NCBI RefSeq assembly: GCF_003991905.1
Contig: NZ_RSCL01000015.1
Span: 1-64,000, forward strand
Source: Dulcicalothrix desertica PCC 7102
Lineage (GTDB): Bacteria > Cyanobacteriota > Cyanobacteriia > Cyanobacteriales > Nostocaceae
Direction: 5' to 3'
Length of the DNA stretch: 64,000 bases
Part shown: piece by piece, positions 29,110 through 39,898 of the stretch
How the letters are laid out: every line of letters starts with the position of its first letter
Numbering within the stretch: position 1 is the first letter of the stretch
The notes under the pieces: model-generated
The model's database searches: none
The model's input: only the letters and a program-made list of their open reading frames with translations
What the model was told of the DNA's origin: nothing
Translations under genes and position numbers: made by a program

Positions 29110-30609
29110 ATGAAACGAGACAAAGCATCTTCCGTATTACTAATTTGGGGTTTTCCAGCAGATTTATTGTTGGTGTTTGTTGGTATTGCAGCAGTCGCAA
29201 TTGCAACATTATACCCGTTTAATTTTTCAGTACCAGATAATTTTTCGCTTGGCGCCATTTTTGAGCGATTTGACAACACGAGTTTTTTTAATGATCAAGT
29301 AAATAATATTTTACTGTTTATGCCGCTTGGTTTCGGTGTTGCAAGTATTTTACTTAGAAAAAATGTTTCGCCATTAATTCAAATACTTGCTGTGATTGCC
29401 ACTGGCGCCTGTTTATCTTTTACGGTAGAATTTTTACAATCGTTTTTACCTTCACGAGACCCTACTCCTGCTGATATTTTTAATAACACGCTGGGTAGTT
29501 TTGTTGGGTTGCTTAGTTTTTATATATTAGACACACGTCAATTCCGTTCTACGCTTGATTATATCCAAAATAGCCGCATTAGTAATTCTCGTGCTGGTAT
29601 TGTAGGATTTTTGACTGGATATATTATTTTGGCGTTTTTTGTTGGTATTTCCTGGGAAAACAATATTAGTTTAAACCAATGGAACACAAATTTCCCTTTG
29701 GTGATTGGTAATGAACGAACTGGTGATAGGCCTTGGCAAGGAAGTGTATCGCAAATAGCTATTGCTGATAAGGCTTTTTCAGATAGCGAAATTGAAAAAG
29801 TTTTCTCTAACCCTAATTATTTAGCTAGTACAAATGATGCGATATTAGCAAAATATGAATTTGATGGGAAAGATAGCTATCGTGATATTACAGGGAAACA
29901 ACCTGATTTATTATGGCAAGGACAAGTATCTAACGGTTCAAGCAGCAATCAAAAAGGTATATCTGTTGATTCGAGTCGCTGGTTAAAGACAGAAGAACCA
30001 GTTAAATTAATTAATCAAAGAATTAGTGAAACTTCAGAGTTTACGATTATTACTACTGTAGCGTCTGCTAATCTTTTGCAGAAAGGACCTGCACGGATAA
30101 TTTCTGTTTCTGGTGACCCGATGCATCGAAATTTTACTATTGGTCAAGATAATACTAATTTATCGCTGCGTTTGCGAACTCCTATAACTGGACAAAATGG
30201 TTCGGATATTAACTTGTCGGTGCCTAATGTGTTCTCTGATACTAGTCCACGTCGTATAATTATTAGTTATGCGAAGGGTAAAATTCAGGTAAATGTAGAT
30301 AAACCAGAAAATGTTTATTTGTTTAACTTGTTAGAACTGTATCCTAATAATCTAAAAGTTTTTGCCTATGCAATTACTTTTATTCCGTTAGGATTGTATT
30401 TAACAGTGTTGATTATTATGGTTAAGCGCAAAGCGTTTAATTTGATTCTACTTATTTGTGGTGCCGTTTTACCTTCTTTGATAATTGAAAGCATTTTAAT
30501 TCATGCTAGTGATAAGAGTTTTAGCTTGGTGAATTTAATGCTGGGAGTATTTTTTACTGCTTGTACAGCATTGATGTTTAAAGCACGAACTTTGATATTG
30601 AGTAATTAA
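29110..30609 (+). CDS. Membrane protein with N-terminal VanZ-like domain and a large extracytoplasmic domain
   Basis: 499 aa; about 4 TM helices at the N-terminus, 2 at the C-terminus; family assignment tentative. Confidence 0.4.
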   Translation: MKRDKASSVLLIWGFPADLLLVFVGIAAVAIATLYPFNFSVPDNFSLGAIFERFDNTSFFNDQVNNILLFMPLGFGVASILLRKNVSPLIQILAVIATGACLSFTVEFLQSFLPSRDPTPADIFNNTLGSFVGLLSFYILDTRQFRSTLDYIQNSRISNSRAGIVGFLTGYIILAFFVGISWENNISLNQWNTNFPLVIGNERTGDRPWQGSVSQIAIADKAFSDSEIEKVFSNPNYLASTNDAILAKYEFDGKDSYRDITGKQPDLLWQGQVSNGSSSNQKGISVDSSRWLKTEEPVKLINQRISETSEFTIITTVASANLLQKGPARIISVSGDPMHRNFTIGQDNTNLSLRLRTPITGQNGSDINLSVPNVFSDTSPRRIIISYAKGKIQVNVDKPENVYLFNLLELYPNNLKVFAYAITFIPLGLYLTVLIIMVKRKAFNLILLICGAVLPSLIIESILIHASDKSFSLVNLMLGVFFTACTALMFKARTLILSN

Positions 30610-30640
30610 TTAGTAAGGTTGGGGTTATACCCAACCGAAG

Positions 30641-31537
30641 TTATTCGTCACCGCTAAATTGAGTGGGTATTTCTAGGGGTATTTGACCTAAAAATCCTTT
30701 GCGATAGTCTGTGAGTAGCTGACGAGCGGTACGTTCGACATCTCCTTTGTAACGATGTTCTGCTAGAGCATGAAGATAACCTTCACCTGTATGCTCTGTT
30801 GGGTCTAGCTTATAACGCTCGTTTAATGCTTGTTTTGGTAGTAGTTCTGGCGCCACTGCTTCTAAGTAACTAATTATATCAAGAAAAGCAGCAGCGACTA
30901 ACTGATTATCATACGACGCATCACCGATATCATCGCAAATCGCTAATTTGACGGCAGCATCTTGATTTTGTAGTTTTAAAGGAATTACTCCGGGTGCATC
31001 GAGTAATTCTAATTCATCAGAAATTCTGACCCAGCGTAGCGAACGTGTTACACCAGGACGTGCGGCACTTTCAACTACACGCTTTCCTAATATACGGTTA
31101 ATTAATGCCGATTTTCCAACATTGGGAAAACCAATTACAACCGCACGGACAGGACGTGGTAGCATTCCTCTGCTTTTGCGACGTTCATTTAATTGTACAC
31201 CCTCTGCTTGAGCGGCTTTGAGTACAGCTGGTACACCTTGCCCATGTTGAGCATTGGTATAGTAGGGAACTTCGCCTTGTCGCTTAAACCAGTTTATCCA
31301 GGCTTGCTTCGTTTGCGGTAAAATCATGTCGAAGCGGTTGATTACTAAAACGCGGGATTTGTTTCCTATCCATTCTTGTAATTGTGGGTGATGGGTAGAT
31401 ACTGGGATACGCGCATCACGCACCTCTAATACCACGTCAACAAGCTTTAGCTGCTCTTTTAGTTGCTTTTCTGCTTTGGCTATGTGACCTGGGTACCACT
31501 GGATAGTATTTAATTTATAGTTTTGTGTTATTCCCAT
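30641..31537 (-). CDS. rbgA: Ribosome biogenesis GTPase A (YlqF/RbgA)
   Basis: Circularly permuted GTPase: NRFDMI (G4) precedes GFPNVGKSALIN (G1) and DAPG (G3). Confidence 0.85.
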   Translation of the reverse strand: MGITQNYKLNTIQWYPGHIAKAEKQLKEQLKLVDVVLEVRDARIPVSTHHPQLQEWIGNKSRVLVINRFDMILPQTKQAWINWFKRQGEVPYYTNAQHGQGVPAVLKAAQAEGVQLNERRKSRGMLPRPVRAVVIGFPNVGKSALINRILGKRVVESAARPGVTRSLRWVRISDELELLDAPGVIPLKLQNQDAAVKLAICDDIGDASYDNQLVAAAFLDIISYLEAVAPELLPKQALNERYKLDPTEHTGEGYLHALAEHRYKGDVERTARQLLTDYRKGFLGQIPLEIPTQFSGDE

Positions 31538-31544
31538 TGATTTA

Positions 31545-31578
31545 AGTTAGGAGTTAGGAGTTAGGAGTTGGGAGTTAA
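31545..31578. repeat. Heptanucleotide tandem repeat (TTAGGAG)x4, STRR-like
   Basis: Read directly. Confidence 0.85.
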
Positions 31579-31593
31579 GCTAGATTTATAATA

Positions 31594-32799
31594 CTACTTT
31601 GTGGTGTTTTTGATTGCGGTTGCGGTTTGTTCTGGTTTGCCTTCTAGGGGGAATACTAAAATGCTTTTGATTTTGGGGTTGTCAACTAATTGTTTTAAGC
31701 GATTTAATTGTTTATCTAGAATTGCGACTCCTGCGTAATTTTCTGCGTAGTCTAATTCTTCGTTAAAGTTGGCATCGTTATATGATTGAATAAAAACTCT
31801 ATCTACACCCCAATTTTTCCAATCAGCGGCAAAATAACGTTTCGCCCAATAAGGGTTATGATGACATATGTCGAAACTAACTTTGGAATTAGCTTTTTTC
31901 ATGTCTGTTATCATTTGCCGCACAAAGTTGGTTAGATGAGCAGTACGGTCTACTTGACCTGGTAGTTCTGCATGATAGCCTAAATAATCATCCCATTGGA
32001 CTGCATCTATGTTGGGATATTTTTGAACAAATTCTGTTAAGGTTCTTTTAAATAAATTACCTACTTCTGGAATTTCTACATCTAATACATAGTGGTCAAT
32101 TCCTGCATAGGTTCTATCGACTCCAGGGACAATCCACTTTTTAGATATTGCTAAGTCAAATATTGGGCTGTTTTTATCTATTTTAATGCCTTTCTCAAAA
32201 TAGGCGTGAACTTGCATTCTTTGTTTATGTGCTTCATCTATTAACCAATTTAACCATTGGTCTTGAAACTGGTTGGGGCAACTTTTATAACCAAGAATTT
32301 GCTGTGTCACTTCACTATTATACATTGTACAACCATTACCCCATACTCCATGAATAATGGTGTTGATTCCTTGGGCGCGATAATTACGAACTCGTTGACG
32401 AATTGTTTGCTCGTCTGCATTATTCGTTATTTGATATCTACTTAAATAAATTCCTCTAATTACTTTTTTATCCCAAGCTGTTTGAGGTAATGCTTGTCGA
32501 GTGCTTTTTGGTGTACTATTTGAAACAATCGGCGCCTTTGGTAGAGGGGTAGTAACTGTATGATTCACTATAGGCGCATGAAGCAAAGTCGGAGCAGTTA
32601 TTTGCTGGTTATTAGGTAAGAATTTGCTGAGATTAAAATTGCCTAAATGAATAAACCACCAATAACCACCGCCAAGAGCAGCTAAAATTACTGAGATTGG
32701 AATACTCCCGCATCCACACCCACTTTCTTTTTTGCGCGACATATTTACAAAAGAGAGCAATATATAGTTACTACAACCTGGCTCTCTCGTATTCCGCAA
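31594..32799 (-). CDS. Glycoside-hydrolase-like TIM-barrel protein (GHL10/DUF4015-like), membrane-anchored
   Basis: 401 aa; N-terminal TM, C-terminal about 300 aa with W/Y-rich barrel-like pattern; tentative. Confidence 0.35.
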   Translation of the reverse strand: MRNTREPGCSNYILLSFVNMSRKKESGCGCGSIPISVILAALGGGYWWFIHLGNFNLSKFLPNNQQITAPTLLHAPIVNHTVTTPLPKAPIVSNSTPKSTRQALPQTAWDKKVIRGIYLSRYQITNNADEQTIRQRVRNYRAQGINTIIHGVWGNGCTMYNSEVTQQILGYKSCPNQFQDQWLNWLIDEAHKQRMQVHAYFEKGIKIDKNSPIFDLAISKKWIVPGVDRTYAGIDHYVLDVEIPEVGNLFKRTLTEFVQKYPNIDAVQWDDYLGYHAELPGQVDRTAHLTNFVRQMITDMKKANSKVSFDICHHNPYWAKRYFAADWKNWGVDRVFIQSYNDANFNEELDYAENYAGVAILDKQLNRLKQLVDNPKIKSILVFPLEGKPEQTATAIKNTTK

Positions 32800-33577
32800 T
32801 AGTATTAGCAGAAATATTCGGGTCTGCTGACCAAGGGTTTTTATAGAATCTAAATTTTTGTTTAAGAACTAACCAGAAGAATGGCGCCACATCGAGCAAA
32901 TACCTCTTCCAGAGTCGCTGGGGTTCAGCGGAAAGTCTATATAACCACTCTAGACCAGCTTGACTCATCCACCTTGGCGCCCGTGTTATTGTTCCTGCTT
33001 CAAAATTGATGGTGGCGCCTATTGCTAAGAAAATTTTGATGTTATTTAATTTATGTCTATACTTATAAATCCACATTTCTTGCTTAGGGGCGCCTACTCC
33101 AATTGCTAGAACTGTTGCTCCTGAGTCATTAATTAACTCTATTATATTTTGACATTCTTCTTCGTTTTTCTCAAATCCCATTGGTGGGGAATAAGTTTCA
33201 ATAACGATATTACGCCCTACCTTGGAGTTGATATTACGCTGGGCAGTATATCCAACTTCTCCAATTCCTCCTAACAAAAATATTTTGATATCATCGTCAT
33301 CTCTATAATAATTATAGAAAGCTGGAAATAAATCTGAACCTGAGATTTTTTCTCGAATGGGTATACCTAAAAACTTAGATGTGAACATCAAAATTTTACT
33401 ATCGCAAACTATGTAATCTGCTTTTTGATAAGCATGATAAAAATCTAAGTTTTTTTGTAGCTTAATTAGATGGTCTACATTAGGAGTAAATACAATACCA
33501 CCAAATTTTAGTTTTTTGAGTAACTGATACATTGTTATGTTATCAATAGTCAAATTAAATAGTTGAACTCGATTCAT
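32771..33577 (-). CDS. WecB/TagA/CpsF family glycosyltransferase (N-acetylmannosaminyltransferase-like)
   Basis: 268 aa; C-terminal GLEWLYRLSAEPQRLWKRYL signature of the family. Confidence 0.8.
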   Translation of the reverse strand: MNRVQLFNLTIDNITMYQLLKKLKFGGIVFTPNVDHLIKLQKNLDFYHAYQKADYIVCDSKILMFTSKFLGIPIREKISGSDLFPAFYNYYRDDDDIKIFLLGGIGEVGYTAQRNINSKVGRNIVIETYSPPMGFEKNEEECQNIIELINDSGATVLAIGVGAPKQEMWIYKYRHKLNNIKIFLAIGATINFEAGTITRAPRWMSQAGLEWLYRLSAEPQRLWKRYLLDVAPFFWLVLKQKFRFYKNPWSADPNISANTIAEYERARL

Positions 33578-33756
33578 TGCCTTATTATATAATTAAGTAG
33601 TTATTTGAGAAAGCAAAAGACAGAGAGCAGTAGCGAATCATTATGAACTTTAAAGGGTTCAATCAGCAGGCTTTATTTCTAAGCTTTGTGTATTGATTGT
33701 GGGGTGGGCAAAAATGCCCACCCATATTTGTTTGAGCTTAAAAAATGTTCATATTT

Positions 33757-34716
33757 CTACTTTTGTTTGGTAAAATGAGTTATCATATTAAGTTTTACCA
33801 ACATTGTTTGGTCTAAAATGTCTAAAATAGTGCTATCAGTGTTCATATCAAATTTACGTGCAAAATAATATTTATTTTGTTGTATCAAAGTATAATCATC
33901 CTTGGTTAGGGTTGCAGGGCTACCATAACGAGATTGAGAAAAATCTATGTAATGTTTAGATTCATTCGATAACTTGAACAGTTGATTGTTGACTAGTACA
34001 GTATGAATAAAAGATTCTTCAGGGTTGATTACATATTTATAATGCTCAAGAAGATCGGGATGCTTTTGAGTAAAATCATGTATATATTTAAGGCATTTTT
34101 TAGACAGAATACAAAAATAAGAACCTCCATAACAAATAAATTCATCATTAAATGGAGATTTAACTCTGCTTCCTATCATCAAACCATAAAAGAAATGAAT
34201 TCGCAAAACAGGTTGTAAGTAATTCAAAAATTTTAATGGTTTTAATAGTGATAGAAACCATTTAGGTAAAATTTTTGAAAGTGTATAATATTTATACAAG
34301 TATCTATCACACCCTTGTCGAATATTCCATAAAGCTTCTTTAGAAAATACTTTAAAGTATTGTATGTAAGCATCATAACTAGTTCTAGATAATAGGTTTT
34401 CTAACTCTGAAATAGGTTGAGTTGGATAATCTTGTCCAGTTAGATTCACAAACCAGTCAAACTCTAGATTATTACTTAATATCCACTTAACAGTTGATAG
34501 ATATTCTCTTAAAATCGAAAAATCTCCTCTTCCTGTTATTACATTGAATAAATGAATTTCTGAATATTCTTTTAATCTAGACATATCTAAAGTACAAGAA
34601 ACCGGATTGTGACTTAATATAATTATCGAGTTCGGGCTAGTACTTTTGATATTGCGAACAAGGCGATATATTTGCTCTGGGTTTTTGTAAGTTTGAATTA
34701 AGAAACAGATTTTCAT
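33757..34716 (-). CDS. Glycosyltransferase family 14-like (core-2/I-branching enzyme type)
   Basis: Begins MKICFLIQTYKNPEQIYRLVRNI, the hallmark GT14 N-terminus. Confidence 0.5.
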   Translation of the reverse strand: MKICFLIQTYKNPEQIYRLVRNIKSTSPNSIIILSHNPVSCTLDMSRLKEYSEIHLFNVITGRGDFSILREYLSTVKWILSNNLEFDWFVNLTGQDYPTQPISELENLLSRTSYDAYIQYFKVFSKEALWNIRQGCDRYLYKYYTLSKILPKWFLSLLKPLKFLNYLQPVLRIHFFYGLMIGSRVKSPFNDEFICYGGSYFCILSKKCLKYIHDFTQKHPDLLEHYKYVINPEESFIHTVLVNNQLFKLSNESKHYIDFSQSRYGSPATLTKDDYTLIQQNKYYFARKFDMNTDSTILDILDQTMLVKLNMITHFTKQK

Positions 34717-34782
34717 ACTCTAAACGTCTTGTGATTGATGAAAAATTAATAGGGAAGTAAAGAAAATCAGATATTAATATAA

Positions 34783-34826
34783 AGAAACCGGGTTTTTTTA
34801 AAGATTTTGCATAAAAACCCGGCTTC
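34783..34826. repeat. GAAACCGGGTTTC-family element (short copy 3)
   Basis: AAGAAACCGGGTTTTTTTAAAGATTTTGCATAAAAACCCGGCTTCTGG. Confidence 0.55.
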
Positions 34827-34835
34827 TGGCTAAGG

Positions 34836-35813
34836 TCAAGTTGATAATTCTGGTTTACGGAAAGTGGCTTTTAGAGGGTTTAAGAACCAGAGCAGATAAG
34901 CTGCAACACCAGTTAATAAAGTCTTACCTGGTTCTTCTAACAGAATGTGCCAATGATTAATCAGAACAAGGTTAAATAGTTTGGCGGCAGTTATTCCGTC
35001 ACCTAAGCTCACTAGACGACGCACTGTATAACGCATATGATAAGCCTTTGCAGCTTTTTCACAGTGCGCGATGATATCTGGAGCATAGGAACGAGTTTTT
35101 TCTACTACTGTTTCTAATGCTTCTAGTTGTTGTAAAGCGTTTGCAGAGAGTCCGGACGTAGTTATCCGGTACAAAGTCAACACTTCTGGAATTCCTTCGT
35201 GGCGCCAGTGAGTCAGAATAGAGATTCGTAACCAACATTCGATATCTTCAGCACGACGCAAACGCTCATCAAAATAATAGTTTTCGGCGATGCCATACAC
35301 ATCGTCTTGAAACTCAATACCTTGAAATACTTCACGTCTGATTACGGCAGCTGAACCATTACCAACAGGATTACGACAAAGTACATATGATGGTGTAATG
35401 TCATAGAGTTTTCGCGGTTTCTGATAAAGTCCTGTAAGATTACCTTCTTCATTAATAAACGCGGAATAGCAAAAACTAATTCCTACAGTTGGTGAATTAT
35501 CCAAATGATTGACATGTTTTTCCAGCTTGGTGGGCAACCAGATATCATCAGCATCTAAAAAAGCTAAATAATCTCCTTGAGCATGACGAATACCTGTATT
35601 CCTAGCTCCTGGTAATCCCCTATTCGCTTGATGGATAATCTTGATTCTTGGGTCAGTAAACTGCTGACACACTTCTACGCTACGGTCTGGAGAACCATCA
35701 TCGATAATTAAAATTTCAAAATCCTTATAAGTTTGTGCTAGTACAGACTCAATCGTAGCTGCAATATATTTTTCAGCATTGTAGAGGGGAATAATTACCG
35801 ATACTTTTTTCAT
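34836..35813 (-). CDS. Glycosyltransferase family 2 (paralog 1)
   Basis: MKKVSVIIPLYNAEKYI...IIDDGSPD...DADD GT-A motifs. Confidence 0.8.
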   Translation of the reverse strand: MKKVSVIIPLYNAEKYIAATIESVLAQTYKDFEILIIDDGSPDRSVEVCQQFTDPRIKIIHQANRGLPGARNTGIRHAQGDYLAFLDADDIWLPTKLEKHVNHLDNSPTVGISFCYSAFINEEGNLTGLYQKPRKLYDITPSYVLCRNPVGNGSAAVIRREVFQGIEFQDDVYGIAENYYFDERLRRAEDIECWLRISILTHWRHEGIPEVLTLYRITTSGLSANALQQLEALETVVEKTRSYAPDIIAHCEKAAKAYHMRYTVRRLVSLGDGITAAKLFNLVLINHWHILLEEPGKTLLTGVAAYLLWFLNPLKATFRKPELST

Positions 35814-35871
35814 CTTAAGGAACCTGTGTAAACTTCTAATAGCTGCAAAAATTCGTAATTTAGTGATTAAT

Positions 35872-36801
35872 TCATAATTTACTCATATTCAAATTGGGTA
35901 TAAAATATCTTGAATATACGGCGAGCAAAGTTAAAAGAGTTCTACGAGGTTCTTTAAAAATCAATTTCCATTCTGAACGAAGCGCACGATTCATAAAATT
36001 GATGCCAATTTCAGACGAAAGGTGTAAACGCAGTGTTCTTCTGGCTAAATAGCGTAGAAGTAAAGCTTTTGCATGGTTATAATGTGTCTTCACTAATTCA
36101 GGTGCATAAGCTTGTACTTTGGAATTGACTCGACTCCATTCTTCTTCCATTCGGTAAAGCTGGGAAGACATTCCTCCTAAATTGGTTCGGTAAAGTACTA
36201 ATACTTTGTCAATACCTTCTACTTGCCAACCATGACAGCAAACTCGTAAAAACAACTCAGCATCCGCAAATCCACTTAAATCTAGATCAAAACCTCCTAC
36301 TTGCTGTAAAGCGACTCGACGAATTACAGCATTTGATGGAGTTACAGCAGGATTCTCTTCATATAATTTTTTGGAGGTAAGGTCTTTAAAGCAAGGATTT
36401 GAATACTGTCCAGTCGGTGTGCCATCAAAATTCATAAATTCAACTCTTCCAAAGCTCATACCAAGAGTTGGGTTTGCGCTTAAATGTTGAACATGAATTG
36501 CAAGCTTTTGTGGCAACCATAGATCATCTGCATCAAGAAACGCAATAAATTCTCCTTGAGCCATTTTGATTCCTGTATTTCTTGCTGCTGAGACTCCTTG
36601 GTTTTCCTGTCGAATTATTTGAATTCTAGAATCATTAAATTGCTGACAAATTTGTATACTCTGGTCAGGAGAACCATCGTCAATAATCAAAACCTCAATA
36701 TTTTTATAGGTTTGCAATAATACAGATTCAACTGTTGTCGCAATATACTGTTCCGCATTATACACGGGAATGATTATGGAAACTTTTTTCATTTTTTGCA
36801 C
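35872..36801 (-). CDS. Glycosyltransferase family 2 (paralog 2)
   Basis: VSIIIPVYNAEQYI...IDDGSPD...LDADD; C-terminus NFMNRALRSEWKLIFKEPRRTLLT shared with paralog 4. Confidence 0.8.
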   Translation of the reverse strand: MQKMKKVSIIIPVYNAEQYIATTVESVLLQTYKNIEVLIIDDGSPDQSIQICQQFNDSRIQIIRQENQGVSAARNTGIKMAQGEFIAFLDADDLWLPQKLAIHVQHLSANPTLGMSFGRVEFMNFDGTPTGQYSNPCFKDLTSKKLYEENPAVTPSNAVIRRVALQQVGGFDLDLSGFADAELFLRVCCHGWQVEGIDKVLVLYRTNLGGMSSQLYRMEEEWSRVNSKVQAYAPELVKTHYNHAKALLLRYLARRTLRLHLSSEIGINFMNRALRSEWKLIFKEPRRTLLTLLAVYSRYFIPNLNMSKL

Positions 36802-36817
36802 TATTAAAAAATTGAAA

Positions 36818-37753
36818 TTAGTTCTTTAAAGATATAAGCTTTTTGACAATTTGAGGTGTGAACAATTTCATGATTGACCATTTGAAAATGTAGAATATTG
36901 TAACTGTATCTAGAAGATACTTTGGGTTTAAAGATATCGCTGTCCATAGCTTTTGACCAACTATATTAATATGACTGCTGTTTTTAACATGTGCAAAGTA
37001 TGTTGCCGCTAGGTAATGATATAAGGCTGCTAATGTTTGATTTTTGAGGTATTGTAAATGTGATGGCACAGATTGGTAGATAATTTCTAATGTCATTAAA
37101 AGATTTTGTTCCATGACGGCAACTTTTGATGTTGCTGATGATGGTGATTGACGGTAAAAAACTTGTTGTTTAGGAATGACAGCAAACTTGTATTTTGCAG
37201 CTAATCTAATGTAAAATTCCCAGTCTTCGCCATATTTTAAGTTAACGTTGAATCCTCCTATTTCATCGACACATTCTTTACGCATAAGGGGAGTTGAACC
37301 ATTCTCTAAAAAGTTTACGATGAGTAAATCTTGATAAACGTTTCCTTCTATAAATACGCGGGCGCCGGAATGAAACTTTTTTCCGGTTTCATCCATTTGT
37401 GAAGTCCAACTGTAAACTACCCCAATATCGGGGTTTGCTTTGATGGCAGCGAGTTGAAGTTCTAGTTTATCGTTTGTCCATAGGTCATCTGCATCTATAA
37501 ATGCTATGTATTCGCTTTGTGCAGCTTTTATTCCTTTGTTACGAGCGGCTGATACTCCTTCATTTTGGGATGAAATAATTTTTAATCGCGGTTCTTTTAT
37601 TTTTTCAAGGACTAATTGAGTGTCATCGGTCGAGCCATCGTTGATGACGATAATTTCAAAGTTGCTGAAGGTTTGCTCTTGAATAGATTTAATTGTTTCT
37701 AAAATTGTTTTTTCTGCATTGTAAGCAGGAATAATTACTGTTATTTCTGGCAT
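36818..37753 (-). CDS. Glycosyltransferase family 2 (paralog 3)
   Basis: ITVIIPAYNAEKTI...INDGSTD...IDADD; tail LNPKYLLDT shared with paralog 5. Confidence 0.8.
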   Translation of the reverse strand: MPEITVIIPAYNAEKTILETIKSIQEQTFSNFEIIVINDGSTDDTQLVLEKIKEPRLKIISSQNEGVSAARNKGIKAAQSEYIAFIDADDLWTNDKLELQLAAIKANPDIGVVYSWTSQMDETGKKFHSGARVFIEGNVYQDLLIVNFLENGSTPLMRKECVDEIGGFNVNLKYGEDWEFYIRLAAKYKFAVIPKQQVFYRQSPSSATSKVAVMEQNLLMTLEIIYQSVPSHLQYLKNQTLAALYHYLAATYFAHVKNSSHINIVGQKLWTAISLNPKYLLDTVTIFYIFKWSIMKLFTPQIVKKLISLKN

Positions 37754-37892
37754 CTTTTATTATTCAATTTACTATTATTTTGCTACTCACACCTGAACTG
37801 TAAACAATAATACTATAGAAATCCTAAATTCTTTTTGAAAAAATCTAGTATATGTAAGGTGGGCACTGCCCACCCTACGTGGTGTTCAAAAA

Positions 37893-38837
37893 TCAAATAG
37901 GAATTCTATAGTTAGTTGAAACAATAATATTTGAGATAACATTTTTAATGTAAACAGCTAACATCGTTAAAATTGTTCTTCGAGGTTCTTTGTAAATAAT
38001 TTTCCAATCAGTTTTTAACGCACGGTTCATAAAATTAACTCCCATATGTGAAGAAATTTGATTACGCAATGTCCTCCTTGCCAAATAACGTAAGAAGAAA
38101 GCTCTTGCTCGTTGATAATGTTTATTAACAAGCTCTGGAGCATACGTTTCAACTTTAGCGTTGAATTTTTTCCAATCTTCTTCCATACGGTAAAGATTTG
38201 ATGACACACCGGCTGGATTTGTACGATAGCGTACTAAAGCTTTATTGATTCCTTCAACCTTCCAACCTTTGTATGCAACTCGCAAGAATAATTCAGCGTC
38301 TTCTGTTCCACTCAGGTTTGAATCAAAATTTCCAACGCTGTCAATAACAGTACGACGAACTACGGTATTAGATGGAGTAACTATTAAATTTTCATAATAC
38401 AAATCTTTGGGCGTAATTTGGAACAGTTGTGAATTTGATAATTTACCAGTAGGTTTTCCATTAAAACTCATAAACTCTATTCTTCCAAAACTAATACCCA
38501 AATTTGAAGATTTTGCAAAATGCTGCATGTGTACCTCCAATTTATTAGGTAACCATTGGTCATCGGAATCTAAAAAAGCAATATATTCTCCTTTTGCAAT
38601 TTGAAGACCTTGATTCCTAGCATAAGAAACTCCCTGGTTTTTTTGGCAGAATAATGTAATACGAGTATCTAGTTTGCAGTAATGGTTCACAATTTCAGAA
38701 GTATTATCTGTAGAACCATCATCAATGATAAGTAATTCAAAGTCATTAAAGGTCTGAGCTAAAACAGATTCTATGGTTGTAGCTATGTACTTAGATGAAT
38801 TGAATGCGGGCATGATAATGCTAATAGTGACGCTCAT
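37893..38837 (-). CDS. Glycosyltransferase family 2 (paralog 4)
   Basis: ISIIMPAFNSSKYI...IDDGSTD...LDSDD. Confidence 0.8.
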   Translation of the reverse strand: MSVTISIIMPAFNSSKYIATTIESVLAQTFNDFELLIIDDGSTDNTSEIVNHYCKLDTRITLFCQKNQGVSYARNQGLQIAKGEYIAFLDSDDQWLPNKLEVHMQHFAKSSNLGISFGRIEFMSFNGKPTGKLSNSQLFQITPKDLYYENLIVTPSNTVVRRTVIDSVGNFDSNLSGTEDAELFLRVAYKGWKVEGINKALVRYRTNPAGVSSNLYRMEEDWKKFNAKVETYAPELVNKHYQRARAFFLRYLARRTLRNQISSHMGVNFMNRALKTDWKIIYKEPRRTILTMLAVYIKNVISNIIVSTNYRIPI

Positions 38838-38873
38838 AGATATTTCGATATAGTAGTGATACGGTGATAAATT

Positions 38874-39863
38874 TTAAGAGTTTCTTAATCTTGGGTCGCT
38901 GATTGCTTTTACACTACTAATAAATTTCATAATGTTTGAAGCATTTTTAGGAGTGAGTAGCCATATTAAAAGTAATTTAACTACTAATACTTGAGTATTC
39001 TTTCGCAATAGATTAAGTGGATTTAAGCAAATACCTTTCCATAATCTAATACTTGCTTTTTGAACTGCATTTTCAGTATTGATTTGATTGAAATATAGTT
39101 TACTTGTATATTGATATATATTAGAAATACCTTGACTTTTCAGGTATTGTAGTTCTAGAGGCGCCGATATAAAGGCTCTTTCCAATACTAAAAGTAAATA
39201 TTTTTCCATCACATCAACTTTGCTAGACATACCACCTAAAGACAAGCGATAGATGATTTGTGGTTTGGGTACAACGACGAATTTCCAGTTAGGTGCCAGT
39301 CTTAACCAGTAATCCCAATCCTCACAAGATTTAAGAGTGATATCAAATTCACCAACTGATTTTACTGCTTCAGTACGTATTAATACATTTGAGCCACTAG
39401 CAATAAAATTATTGACTAGCAAATGCTTATAAACATTACCTTCAAAACTGGCTTTGACACCCTGATGAAAATGCTTTCCTGCATTATCTACGCATATAGT
39501 CCAACTGTATGCGACACCTGCTTCCGGTGACTTTTTAAAAGCTTCTAGTTGTAATTCTAACTTATCATATGTCCATAAGTCATCTGCATCAATAAATGAA
39601 ATATACTCACCTGTCGCATGAGTTATACCTCTATTACGAGCCATTGATAAACCGCCATTTGGGTAAGAAAAAACTTGCAACCGAGAATCTTTTACTTCAT
39701 TTATAAGTTCTAATGTTTCATCTGTAGAACCATCGTTAATAAGAATTAATTCTAGATTAGAATAGGTCTGTTCTAGAACTGAATTTATTGTTTCTCTAAT
39801 TGTTTTCTCAGCATTGTAAGCAGGAATAATAACAGAGACTTTTGGTGTGGTTGTAATGTTCAT
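38874..39863 (-). CDS. Glycosyltransferase family 2 (paralog 5)
   Basis: VSVIIPAYNAEKTI...INDGSTD...IDADD. Confidence 0.8.
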   Translation of the reverse strand: MNITTTPKVSVIIPAYNAEKTIRETINSVLEQTYSNLELILINDGSTDETLELINEVKDSRLQVFSYPNGGLSMARNRGITHATGEYISFIDADDLWTYDKLELQLEAFKKSPEAGVAYSWTICVDNAGKHFHQGVKASFEGNVYKHLLVNNFIASGSNVLIRTEAVKSVGEFDITLKSCEDWDYWLRLAPNWKFVVVPKPQIIYRLSLGGMSSKVDVMEKYLLLVLERAFISAPLELQYLKSQGISNIYQYTSKLYFNQINTENAVQKASIRLWKGICLNPLNLLRKNTQVLVVKLLLIWLLTPKNASNIMKFISSVKAISDPRLRNS

Positions 39864-39898
39864 ATATATTGAAATTAAATTGATTATTGTTTAATTAC